Assembly: GCA_040285855.1 (NCBI GenBank)
Contig: JAUFOQ010000004.1
Location: 620,001-684,000, forward strand
Origin: Eukaryota sp. GEM-RC1
Taxonomy: Eukaryota
Direction of reading: 5' to 3'
DNA: 64,000 nucleotides
Notes under the pieces: generated by a model
Told to the model about the DNA's origin: nothing
Seen by the model: only the letters and a program-made list of their open reading frames with translations
The model's database searches: none
In this document: one piece after another, positions 27,601 through 38,084 of the stretch
How positions within the stretch are numbered: position 1 is the first letter of the stretch
Layout of the letters: each line of letters starts with the position of its first letter
Position numbers and translations under genes: made by a program

Positions 27601-28623
27601 GGTAATCAAATATTGTTTAGGTCCACAATGAACACAACATGACCTAACACGTTTCAGTAATTATCGAGGTCAATTGATCAACCAGTTAACGTTCAATGAT
27701 AATTAATAAATGTACATAATAAACAAAACACTAACCTGATTGTATGACATTAATTTACAGAGCAATAGATATATTTGTGCATATACTTTGATTAAATCCG
27801 TTGTGCAATGAACCACAATCAAATGAACACACCAATAGTTCTCTTGATTTCAATCACAAAATCGATTCTCCTAATACAACCTCTATGTATTTCAACATCG
27901 TCTTGTTCCTAGTGTTAGTCAGTTCTATTTTGTATCAGTGTCAAGTACATGTACATACAGCGGTACACTTCTAAAATAAACAACTCTGAATTCTAGTGGA
28001 TGTTTTCAAATAACCATTTTTGTATAGTTTATTGATGTAAATTGTTTCTGTTACAAGCAAACCAAAGAGATGATAACATCATGATGCGATTATCTACAGG
28101 TTATCTTTCCCTCCTTTTGATTAAGAAGTATCTATAATTTACAAAATTTATGTGTATCCATCGTCATCGACTTCTAACATCGTACTTCATGATTGTCACT
28201 TTGAAATGGCGTCTACTAGAGATCAGAAAACTGAATCTGATCTAATGAGACGATGTTTCTGGAATTTCGGATGCCTTTTTCAATCGTTTTACCAATCTCA
28301 AGTCAAGAGAAAGGGGATGGTTTCTATTTTACTTCAGGATTTGTTTGACAGAGTTTTTCTCATCCGGTAATGTTCAGCAACAAGTTTCGGTTTGATCATC
28401 AAAAGAATCACTAATACCGTTGACCATTCTTTTCACAGTAAGATCACAACTTTTTGTGTCGTTTTTGTTGCAATATTAATACAATATTGTCGGACTCTTT
28501 GAAGAAAATACGATAAATCAACACGAAATAATATTGTCACAAAATGAAAATATATTGAAACTTATTATAGTACATTGTCAATTGAGGTAGTATATATATT
28601 GGTGACACACTATCAGTTACAAA

Positions 28624-29111
28624 CAGGGATTGGCAACAATTTATTGGTATCGCAATAAATTGGTATTGGCATTAGTTTTTATTGATTGCAACCCACTTTG
28701 CAATATTGTTTCAATAACAATATTTTGACAATAATTCGTTGTTGTAAAATGTGCATACTATTTGAAAATTGACTTGATCAAAGTAAAGTATCAGAAGCAG
28801 CATCATCATGTGAAGCAGTCTGAACTTCATATCTTTCTGAAATGGGTTGACAGAAATATGCTAGATGTTATTGCTGAACTTTTTTCCGTGATTGAAGATG
28901 GTTTTGTTGTAGTTTGTATTCGAACTTTACCATGTGATCAGTCTGAGTCAATAACGGTATATACTTAGGAAAAACTGAACTCAACTTATGTCACTTTCAT
29001 AGGTGTTTTTTGATGATTTTATTGGTTCAATATATTGGTCCAACACCAATTATTGTTTGGGGCCCAAAATGTTGTAGCAATACTATTGCAAAAAATTGGT
29101 GCCAGTCCCTG
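28624..29111. mobile_element. hAT-type MITE (degenerate)
   Basis: Imperfect TIR cagggattggcaacaattt / aaattggtgccagtccctg; subterminal caata/tattg motifs. Confidence 0.6.
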
Positions 29112-29160
29112 AGTTTTAAATAAGCATTATATTTTTAAAAATCCCTATACTAGTAGAGTG

Positions 29161-30504
29161 CATGGGTGAGAAAAAGTATATTGATATTGTATTTATTGCA
29201 ATAAATATCTATTTATTTATTTATTGTTCTGTGAGTTATCGACAATATTTTTGTTGTTGGTCGAAACAATAAACAATATTATTGCAATATCTTTAAATAT
29301 ATTTGGGTCCTATTTTGTCTGTTTTTACAGTAATACATTGTGCCATTTTTGAAGAAATATAATGTAAAGTGATCCATTGGAGGTTGCTGAGCACGATACA
29401 ATTCTATCTGAGTCTTCTTTATGTCTGAACATAAGGAAATTGTTTCCCACTACTTTTCAAATCTGTACTTGACACTATTTGTCCTGCTTAATACGACGGA
29501 AGCCCAAACTGTTCTGTTGTTGTGCGATTGAAGTTACTCCAAAACAGTATCTTCAATCAGAGTCTTATTCACTACACAATCTGCTGAGCTCTTTTAGGAC
29601 GATGAATAGTCTGAGGAACATCTGATATATCATAAAAAATGTTAGAGCTGTTCTTGTATAATTATTGACACATAGAAACTAAATACAATTAACCAATATT
29701 TATTGACAATAAATACATATATTTATTGTTTTCGACAACAAGAACAATATACACGAATATACGTGTATTTACTTCTGTACAAAACAAAAACAATATATTT
29801 ATTTCGTCATGTTGTTAGTTTCAAGAAATTTTTGCAATTTCCATCTGTTCTACATAACGCTGTTCGTGACGTTACTTATGAAATGTTCAAATCCTACAAT
29901 TATAGTTGTAAAATTGAACCTCTTCTGAAACATTATAGTGACAATAACGTGTTTGATTCTCGGCGTGGTGACTTAATTGCTCCTTTCCTGGATTCATCTC
30001 AAGTTGTGGTTGATTTTACTACAGTTGACCCGTTTGCAAAAGTCTACCAAGACTCCATATTGAATGATTCGAATGGTCATCTAAAAAAGGCTGAACAACG
30101 AAAGTGTTCAAATTATGCGGATGCTTTGCAGAAGCTTAATGAAAATCTATATTCTAAGTTTTCATTTGTTCCATTTGCCATTTCAATTTTTGGTAATATT
30201 GGTCCAGCCGGTTTAAAGTTTTTCAGTGATTTTAGTCTTTTATGTCGTTCTAATGGCAAGGTGTTTAATAGCGCTGTATGGACTAATCGAATTATGTTCG
30301 CTCTTTATAGAAGCATTCCCAAGTATTTATGTTCCATATATTCGAAGTTGTATAGGGACAATTCTCGTGTTGATGTGGAGAATTTAACTTCTTTCATTTT
30401 CTGAATTAGTATGTATTAATTAATTGTTGCAAATAAACTCTTATATATCTATTTTTATCGAAAACAATAAACAATATATTTAAATACATATTTTCACACT
30501 CCTA
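29161..30504. mobile_element. Degenerate hAT-type MITE carrying a nested retrotransposon fragment
   Basis: Ends catgggtgagaaaaagtat / atacatattttcacactccta; flanking 8-mers gtagagtg / gtagggtg match at 7 of 8. Confidence 0.5.
29815..30435 (+). mobile_element. 3' end of an RLE-type (CRE/R2-like) non-LTR retrotransposon
   Basis: HNAVRD...KIEP...RRGDL...VVVDFTTVDP...AEQRK...FVPFAISIFG matches the restriction-like endonuclease motif order. Confidence 0.75.
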
Positions 30505-30577
30505 GTAGGGTGCTTTAGTAGTTGAATCTACTCATGTTTTTAGTTCAAATTAAGCTGCACCTTTAACACGGAGTCTA

Positions 30578-30710
30578 TGATGTTTATTTAAGATCAACTG
30601 GGATAGCGACAAATACACAAAACTACCAATGTAGGTACACTATAAGAATTATGACAAGTGTATGTACAAGCTGGTGGTCGATCCAATGGGAATGACATTT
30701 TCCGAAGGAT
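30578..30710 (-). repeat. Diverged duplicate of the PP2A B55 3' end and 3' flank
   Basis: tgatgtttatttaagatcaactggg...aagaattatgacaagtg...tggtggtcg.tccaatgg.aatg aligns with 38012-38148. Confidence 0.75.
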
Positions 30711-30754
30711 ATTAGGGGCAAAAACGATTGTTTGAGAATAATTTTTTTGTTGTG

Positions 30755-31087
30755 ATGTCTCTCCCCGAAGGCCTTTTTGGTTGTTTCAACGATTTCAATA
30801 CCGCTGTTGTTGGATGTTTCTGTCCTTGCTATCTCGTAGCCAAGAATCAAGCTGAAGTTGATAACCGTGCGTGTACTGTGTGCGATTGTCTCTGCGGTCT
30901 TCCAGAAGTTGAATACTTCTTACGTCAACGTCTCCGCTCTGAATTTGGTGCAAGCTATAGTGCATGTGGAGATTGCCTCTCTCTAGCTGTTTGTCCTACA
31001 TGTTTTATCTGCCAAAACGCTCGTTTAATCAAGCATAAGCAGCAACACACCGTAAACAACGTGAACTCTTATGTGTCAACTATGTAA
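30755..31087 (+). CDS. PLAC8-family cysteine-rich protein, copy 2
   Basis: Intact ORF MSLPEGLFGCFNDFNTAVVGCFCPCYL...CPTCFICQNAR; paralog of 27249-27600. Confidence 0.9.
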   Translation: MSLPEGLFGCFNDFNTAVVGCFCPCYLVAKNQAEVDNRACTVCDCLCGLPEVEYFLRQRLRSEFGASYSACGDCLSLAVCPTCFICQNARLIKHKQQHTVNNVNSYVSTM

Positions 31088-31299
31088 TCCTGTGTGTGTT
31101 TCTTGGTGTTGTATAAATTCTCTTTGTGTTCGTCGATGTTCTGATCTCTGGATATGACGAATTGACAAGAAATTGTCACAATAGATCTATGCTTGATATG
31201 AATGAATACACAATAGTATCCAAACAGATCGTTTAACAGATCGTACTGGAAGAGTAAATTTGCTTTTTCGATTTTTAGGTCTATGTATAGATATGTTGA

Positions 31300-31560
31300 T
31301 TCTATTTTGTCTAAGTTGTTTGGAGGCAACTACTTTTCGGAATTAGGTAGTTCGTTTGATAATTTGTTTTAATAGTGTTTATTTATTTGTACTTATCTTA
31401 TTATGTGTTTTTCTCCGCACATAAATCCGTTTTTTTAATAGATACTTGTGTCACTTTCATTACTTGTTATGGACTTAACCAAATATGGCCGGGTTTCACC
31501 AGCCAGCTAACAAAAATAAAGCTAATTTCTACACAGATACTCCACTCTCTCATCATTACC
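31300..31560 (-). ncRNA. Candidate Fanzor omegaRNA and element right end
   Basis: Directly 3' of the Fanzor stop. Hairpins tggctgg-tgaaac-ccggcca (31486-31505) and ttatgtg-N10-cacataa (31401-31424). Boundaries not determinable from one copy. Confidence 0.4.
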
Positions 31561-34500
31561 ACTCATCCAGTGTTCGAACATGTTCATCATGTTCAAACAA
31601 GCCATCTTGTTTCGATTCCAATACACTTGACTGGGCACTGTGTGCCCTTTCTTTTCTCCCTTCAATCGTTTCGTGACTTCTCCCAGACAATGTTCACTCT
31701 TACACTCTAGTAAGCCATGAGGGTGGATCCATTCTCTTTTCTCTCTTGATTTGGGCTTTGGGTTGACAACCTCAATAGAAGTTTCAAAAACATCTTCATG
31801 ACATTCTGGACACTTGGACGAAGTGTATCTCTCATCATTCATAACTGTTAAAAAACCGTTTCTCTGAAAGAATGAAGTCCAAGTCTTAGTTCTGGATGGT
31901 GGACTGTGTTTTAAGTTGGTGATTGGCTTCTGACCTAAATCACCAATACTTAGTACAATTTTGTCACGACTACCGAAAGTTTTTACAATGCTGTTAACCA
32001 ATTTAGACTCTGTCTTTTGCTTATGGACATGATTTTGGATTTTGTGAATCCTCCATATATGCAAAGCATAGAAGTCTTTAGTTGCATTGTAGTGAATGCA
32101 TTTAGCCAGAATAAACTTTCTAAATTTATTGTAATTAACAGTTTTAGAATTCTGTTCTTCACTTAACCAAGTGTTCCATTTCTCAATTTTCATTGTCACA
32201 GTTATTGGAATATCATCACCTGCTCTCACGGTAGTAGTACCTGATCTCCTTCTAACAAGGTACTGGTGGATTCTTTTATGGATTCTTTTCTTCTTCAATC
32301 GTAAGAAGTTGTATTTCTTCAGAGGATTTTGAGTTTCCCTATTTGATTTAGATGCGAGTTGTAGCATATCTCTCTTTCCAATGTCCACATAAACCATTTG
32401 TTTAGAAATAAAATCAGTCCTATCACATTCATTGAAATATTGTACTTTTACTGAAGCTTTACTTGAATCAGGTTTACATTTCATTCCTTTCAAATCCTTT
32501 CTCACAAATTGAAAACAAATCGAAATTCCATCAGTTACAGCATAGTTGTTGAATTCAAAATTGGCTTTGTGAAAACTTCTGTCATCATAGTTAAACCATC
32601 TTTTCCAGTAATCCTGTTGTTGAGAATGGGTCAAGTTTTTAATCTGATCAGCAGACAAGTAATTAGTCACTTTTGAATGTAAAGGACCAATCTTCTTATC
32701 ATTATTCTTATATCCAAAACAGTGCTTAGCCAGTCCCCAAAGAGTTCTGGTATCTATTGGGAAAAAACAGGGAGTATTCTCTAAACTTAGAGGAATTACA
32801 TTAAACAACTTAGCACCCTTTGATTCCAAGTAATCTGAGATCTGAAGAGAATTTCTAAGAAAATGAAGTGGTTACTCCTGAACTGTGTAAAGTAAATTAT
32901 GGACGTCTACAGTTTCATTGTCGTTTGTAGTGATTGAAGTAGGAAATATGATGTTAAATCTTTGAAGTAATTCTGGAATTTTATCAGCCATGAGAGAATT
33001 GATCTGTTCAAATATTAACATACTGAAATCATCATTAAAAACTTTAGAAACTTCATCAATAAACTTAACATTTTCAGGGTGAGTGGCAGAGTTAAAAGAA
33101 TTAATATACTGTAAGGCTTCATCTCTAGGTCGATACAAAATCTGGTCTTTCAACATCTTTAATCGAAATCTGAAGTAACTAGTGAACTTTTGAGCTTCAC
33201 GACCTGTTAGTCCTGCAAGTTCTGGACCTAAAACCAAATTACGTTTCTGCTTCATTCCCTTTTCAAACTCTTTCTTACCCATTACCATTACTGTATTGAT
33301 AAATCTTTTAATGTACAACTCATAATTGCGGCGAATATTTAGTTCAAACGCAGGCCACATTTCATACTGAGTAGTGTATTCAAAAGCTCTACTGATGTGA
33401 TCAAAATCCAGTTCTGGTATATGACATTGGCCAAATGTATCAGTAACACAGTGCTTATATCCGAGGTAGTTTGAATTGACAGTATAGATTCCTTCACCAG
33501 CAACAAAATCACGAAGATCTGCATCAATTGTTGATATAGGATAATTGTTGTAAATTTTGAATCCATGAACTTCAGATGAAAGATTTCTAATTGAAAGCAC
33601 TGTATGATAAAACAACTTGTAATCAAACTTAGACAAATCTTGTCCAAGACGATAGCGAGCCAACAGATATTCTTTAACACACATTGTAGTCTGTTGTCTT
33701 AAAGCATTGTAGAACTGAGATCCTAAAAGCATGGCATCTTGAACTTCTTGATGTTTTACCACACTAAGAACTGAAGTTTTAATGGAAGCCAATGATTGAA
33801 AAACAATTTTGTCTTTTTGAAATAAAATAAACAATTTAAACGCCAGAATTGAATCATGAAGACAGTAGTTGATTAGAGTTTTCATTCTTTTATCATTTCT
33901 TAAACAATCAACTGGGAGGAAGTGGTCCAAGTCTTTATCCAATTTCAATTTGGGTTCAGAAAGTAAATTCCAAGATAAATTGGCTAGACTACAACCATAC
34001 TTGAGACCAATATGCTTTTTTGCAAACAAGAAGGTATCCAAAACTGTAAAACAATTGTGATCTTTTATGATATCCAGCCATCTACTTTGTAAAGGTAACT
34101 CAACTGGATTTGGATTTGTTAAAAGAGGTCAAGAGCCCACATTCTATTGTCAATAATGGGCAAATCAAAATTGAAAATATTATGGCCAATAAAAGCATTT
34201 GGTTTATATTGACTAACAATGTTAGCGTACGTAACCAATAATTCGTTTTCATTTGGGAAGTCCAAAAGATCTAATTGAAAAGCTGGTGTTTCTGATTCAC
34301 TGAATTTGATTTTATAATTGTAGTCAGTGTAAAGGACGATTGAGTTGTCAAATTGTAATTCACCATTGGATTGCAATTTTGCAATAATGACAGAGATCAT
34401 GATGATTTGTTGATCTGCGAGAAAATCAAGGTCGTGAGCTTCCTTCTCAAAATCATTCATTAACAATCTTCTCTGTTTCAAAGACTCTTTTTCCGTTCTA

Positions 34501-34598
34501 CGATGTTCATTCAATTCTTTGTTCACTCGTGTAGGAATTCTCTCATTGATATTTCTTGTTTCAATATCAATTATAAAAACTGTAGGAAGGGGAGTCAT
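31522..34598 (-). CDS. DEDDy 3'-5' exonuclease-Fanzor (TnpB-like) fusion, ~1025 aa after repairing one indel (~34120) and one in-frame TAA (32872-32874)
   Basis: ExoI IIDIET, ExoII GHNIFNFDLP, ExoIII YCLHD. Then, in the same ORF, a Fanzor-like N-terminus (SIKTSVLSVVK...KEYLL), KLFNVIPL, TDGISICF, RuvC-I VDIGKRD, IGDLG, DERYTSSKCPEC, HGLLECKSEHC and RuvC-III WNRNKMACLNM. Confidence 0.85.
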
Positions 34599-35912
34599 CG
34601 ACAACAGTATCAGTTGCAATGTCAATAAATGGAATTCTTGATTCTTTTTCCTTTTTTCCTTTAACAACTGGAATTTCCTCAAATTCATGCAAAGAGTCAG
34701 TTGAACCTTCAACTACATGCGAACTTTGACATTCTTCGTCAGTTTTTGGAAATTTTGTACAACCACTAGATTGATCATACAGTCTCTGTTGACGTTTAGA
34801 ACCTTGTTCTTGAGGACGATGAATTACTGACGAATGACACTTTTTTGGTTTCCGTTCTAGCCGTCGTGCTTTAGAGTTTTTGACGGATGTGTCAGATGAA
34901 GAAGAATAACTTGACGAAATTTTATTAGTTACTTCTAGAGTTTTACGACGAGATGACTTACGTGTAGTACTTTCAGAAGGGTCAGAAGATTTATTTCTTT
35001 TCCAGCAGGTTGATTAGTTTTGGGACATTGTGTCTTTCTTCTACCAGTGAGCAACAGATCGATGTTGACCAGTGTGAGTGTCAATGATGAGATTCAAAAT
35101 CCTTTTCCTCATTTCTAGAGCATCATATTCATTGAAAAGTCGAACTTGAAGTAGAATTACGTTGATATCTAGTGACGCTTGTTCAAATTCAACAAATTTA
35201 CTCATGTACTCTAAAATAAAAGGTCCACAGTCACCTTGTGTTTGGTGTTGAGTAACGAAAAGCCTTCCTAAATAATGATAATTGAAAGGAAAAAACACAC
35301 GCTCATGAAATTGTCTAATAACATCTTCGCAATGACCTAAAGTATCTAAAACTTTTGATGTTGATTTTGAGTAAACATTGGATCAAGGGAATAGTATCTT
35401 TTTCTCTTAATATCACAAATCAGCAGAGTCCAGTGAGTAGCTTCATTATTAAAGATACCATCGTTTATTGGAATAAACAAATATTGTTTGGTTGGTGGTC
35501 TGGAAGAATTCATCAAATCTAAGGTTTCTTGAAATAGTTTGTGAAGATGCCAACGATCTCTTTCTTCTTCAGCCAAATTGTCCTCTGTAATTGCAAGTGA
35601 CAATGCTTCACACGAGAGATATGGCCATTTAACACTATGTTCAGTAATGTACTGTCCATAAAAGTCTACAATAGTGGTCCATAACCAACTATGAGGTAGC
35701 AAAGAATCAATATTGGAATGATTTTCAATTAGATCGGGTCCAGGATTAGACTCAATGTCCCCGTCCATAGTCAAATCACGGAGAAATTGTGATGACTGGA
35801 GATTTATTTTGGATTTTGAAATAGCACAACAAGAACCACTACAGTATGGAGTACTATAACAAAAAAGAAATAGAAGAGATTTGAGGATCGAGGGACCCAT
35901 GAAAATCTTCAT
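34567..35912 (-). CDS. Leader ending in a 2A motif + Ulp1/SENP8-like (C48) cysteine protease + Ser/Lys/Arg-rich region; frame-disrupted
   Basis: LRDLTMDGDIESNPGP; protease motifs SWLWTTIVDFY, FIPIND...THWTLL (His), YSLDP (Asp), QHQTQGDCGPFI (Gln/Cys). Indels near 35350 and 35000-35070. Confidence 0.8.
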
Positions 35913-36078
35913 AAAGACCTGACGGTCTTGATTGAAAAGACAAAAACAAAAAAAGAAATAGAAGAGATTTGAGGATCGAGGGACCCATGAAAATCTTCAT
36001 AAAGACCTGACGGTCTTGAGTGAAAAGACAACAAACCCAGCAAAGGAGTGATCTGAGGATCAAAAGACCCATTGAAGG
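35858..36078. repeat. 88-bp tandem repeat: two near-identical units plus a diverged third
   Basis: gatttgaggatcgagggacccatgaaa at 35878 and 35966, variant at 36050. The two full units contain the inverted repeat aagacc-tgac-ggtctt. Confidence 0.85.
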
Positions 36079-36333
36079 CTCCCTGACAGTGGGGGAGACG
36101 AAGCACAGTGAGATATCTAACCAACACGAAGTCGATAGACATCTCACTAAGCGAATGATCTTAAATTTCTGTTTGAACTATTTGTGGTTAATGTCTACAT
36201 TGACATGTTGACATCTTGACAAGTTTGAGAATATGTCACTGATACAATAACAGTTGATGTCGTACTAATTGTAACTAACAGTATATGGTATATGATGTGA
36301 AATTGGAAAAAAGAAAACAATATTTATTCTATA

Positions 36334-36956
36334 TCGTAGGTGTCCCAATACAAGCAAGGTTCCAATACAAGCAAGGTTCCAATACAAGCAAGTAAAAGTG
36401 TTTGCTTGTATTATTCTGCTGCATTCAGGATGTTGAGCGAGTTATACTTCAATACAAAGTGTATTCAAATGAATTACAACGTATAGAGCTGTGAACGAAC
36501 TTCATAGTGTCCACTTGGATGCTTACGTGTTGTTGTTGCTAATTTTTACCCGAAGAACTCGATGGAGTTATTGTATTGTTTGACATTTGTAAAATCAGAA
36601 GCACAAAATGGCCTATCAAAAATCCAATTTATGAAACAATAGGCAATAGAATCCCTGTCAATAGTACTTTGCTCCTATGCAGACAAATATTGTATACTTG
36701 TAGAACAAATTAACATACTGTTGTTAAAGCATGTGTCATATTTATGTATTGTTATATATTTTTGTTCTACAGTATTTATAATACAGTGTACAAGTAGCAT
36801 TACGAAATAGAGTATGTGATCCAGTAATATATCGAAATCAAAGGTGTCGTCGCTTCACCGTATAATAGGGTCCCAATACAAGCAGGTCCCAATACAAGCA
36901 ACAAAATGTGTTTGCTTGTATAAGATATAAAGTTGCTTGTATTGGGACACCTACGA
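36334..36956. mobile_element. Tc1/mariner/pogo-type MITE
   Basis: 24-bp perfect TIR tcgtaggtgtcccaatacaagcaa flanked by TA on both sides; subterminal repeats of ccaatacaagca. Confidence 0.85.
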
Positions 36957-37560
36957 TAATTACAAAACTATGTGTATAAATGATTCCTCATCACTGTGGA
37001 AAACTTACCTAAATCCATGAAGCAATCTAAATGACATCATCCTTGGTGTCGTCGTCATGACAGCTCCAATTGGCGTTTTAAGAGCTCCTCGTCGTTAAAA
37101 GCACATAACCTTGCAGCTTGTGCTGTCAACATTGCAAGTTTTGATTTATTAAAATCAGTGTCGCAGTTGTCTGAAGTATTAGAGTAATACCCGACCAAGA
37201 CCTCCCACATTTCATTGGTTTTGCGAAGGTTTAGATCTCCATAAATAATATTTGCATACCTGGATCTTGTCAACATAACATTCAGTCGACGATAGTCTAC
37301 TAATCCCTCCGAAACACCACTCCCAACTTTGGTCCTTATATTTATCTGACCCTACTCTCCATGTTCTCACTTCACAGTCTTGTTATGCGGCGTTCATAAA
37401 AACACACCTTTATCTAAAAGGAATACTGCGTGATTGTTATGGGAAATGGACAGTACTAACTCAACGTGAACTAGTACTACACGTAACTGCATCACTATTT
37501 AATGAGTATATATCAATGATGATGTGTGAAATCACCAAATCGGTCTGTAACGGTAACATC

Positions 37561-37893
37561 ATGACACGACTTCTGCTTGTTTTCTTCTTTCTTGCTCTAG
37601 TCAACTGTACTCTGTATCAGATTCAAGTACACAACAGAGGTACTGCAAAATTGGATCGCGTGTGGTCTTTTACCGACGGACGTTTCGAGTCTCATCCAAA
37701 TACATTTCTGCTTCCTTTGATGTGGACTACCATGGCTGTGAGTGGTACAACATCTCCTTCTAAACTAAACTATTTTGCTGGTAGGCAGAAGACGTCTGTT
37801 AGTTTTGGAAAAAATGGATGTAGTTGTTTGGGTTGTGACTGTCGTGTTGATACCGTTTCCTCTACATCCTGGAAGGTGTATTTCTACTGTTAA
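37561..37893 (+). CDS. Small secreted Cys-containing protein of unknown function (110 aa)
   Basis: Signal-peptide-like start MTRLLLVFFFLALVNC; intact ORF with CSCLGCDC and a terminal Cys. Confidence 0.6.
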   Translation: MTRLLLVFFFLALVNCTLYQIQVHNRGTAKLDRVWSFTDGRFESHPNTFLLPLMWTTMAVSGTTSPSKLNYFAGRQKTSVSFGKNGCSCLGCDCRVDTVSSTSWKVYFYC

Positions 37894-38084
37894 ACGTCTA
37901 TCATTGCGTGTCCTATTTTTGGTCATTTGTAAACTTCAGTGTTAGTCAACCCAATCTACCCATCAACAAACTGATACGTAGTACTCACATGTACAGATTG
38001 TTTACATTACATGATGTTTATTTAAGATCAACTGGGGCAGCGATAAATACAGAAAACTAACTATTTAGGTACACACTAAAAGAA

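Noticed and set aside
32872..32874. In-frame TAA (also at 47081 and ~16514) as a sign of a TAA/TAG=Gln genetic code
   Set aside because: PGM ends at the canonical TVIT with TAG, PP2A B55 and HSBP1 end with TAA at expected positions, and long conserved ORFs have no internal TAR codons.
33840..34598. A host replicative DNA polymerase or Polinton polymerase gene
   Set aside because: No polymerase motifs (DxxSLYPS, KxxxNSxYG, YGDTDS) follow ExoIII; the frame runs into Fanzor-like sequence.
35858..36078. 88-bp repeats as a CRISPR array or hammerhead ribozymes
   Set aside because: There are no unique spacers, and the core reads CTGACGG rather than CTGAnGA, with no correctly placed GAAA stem.
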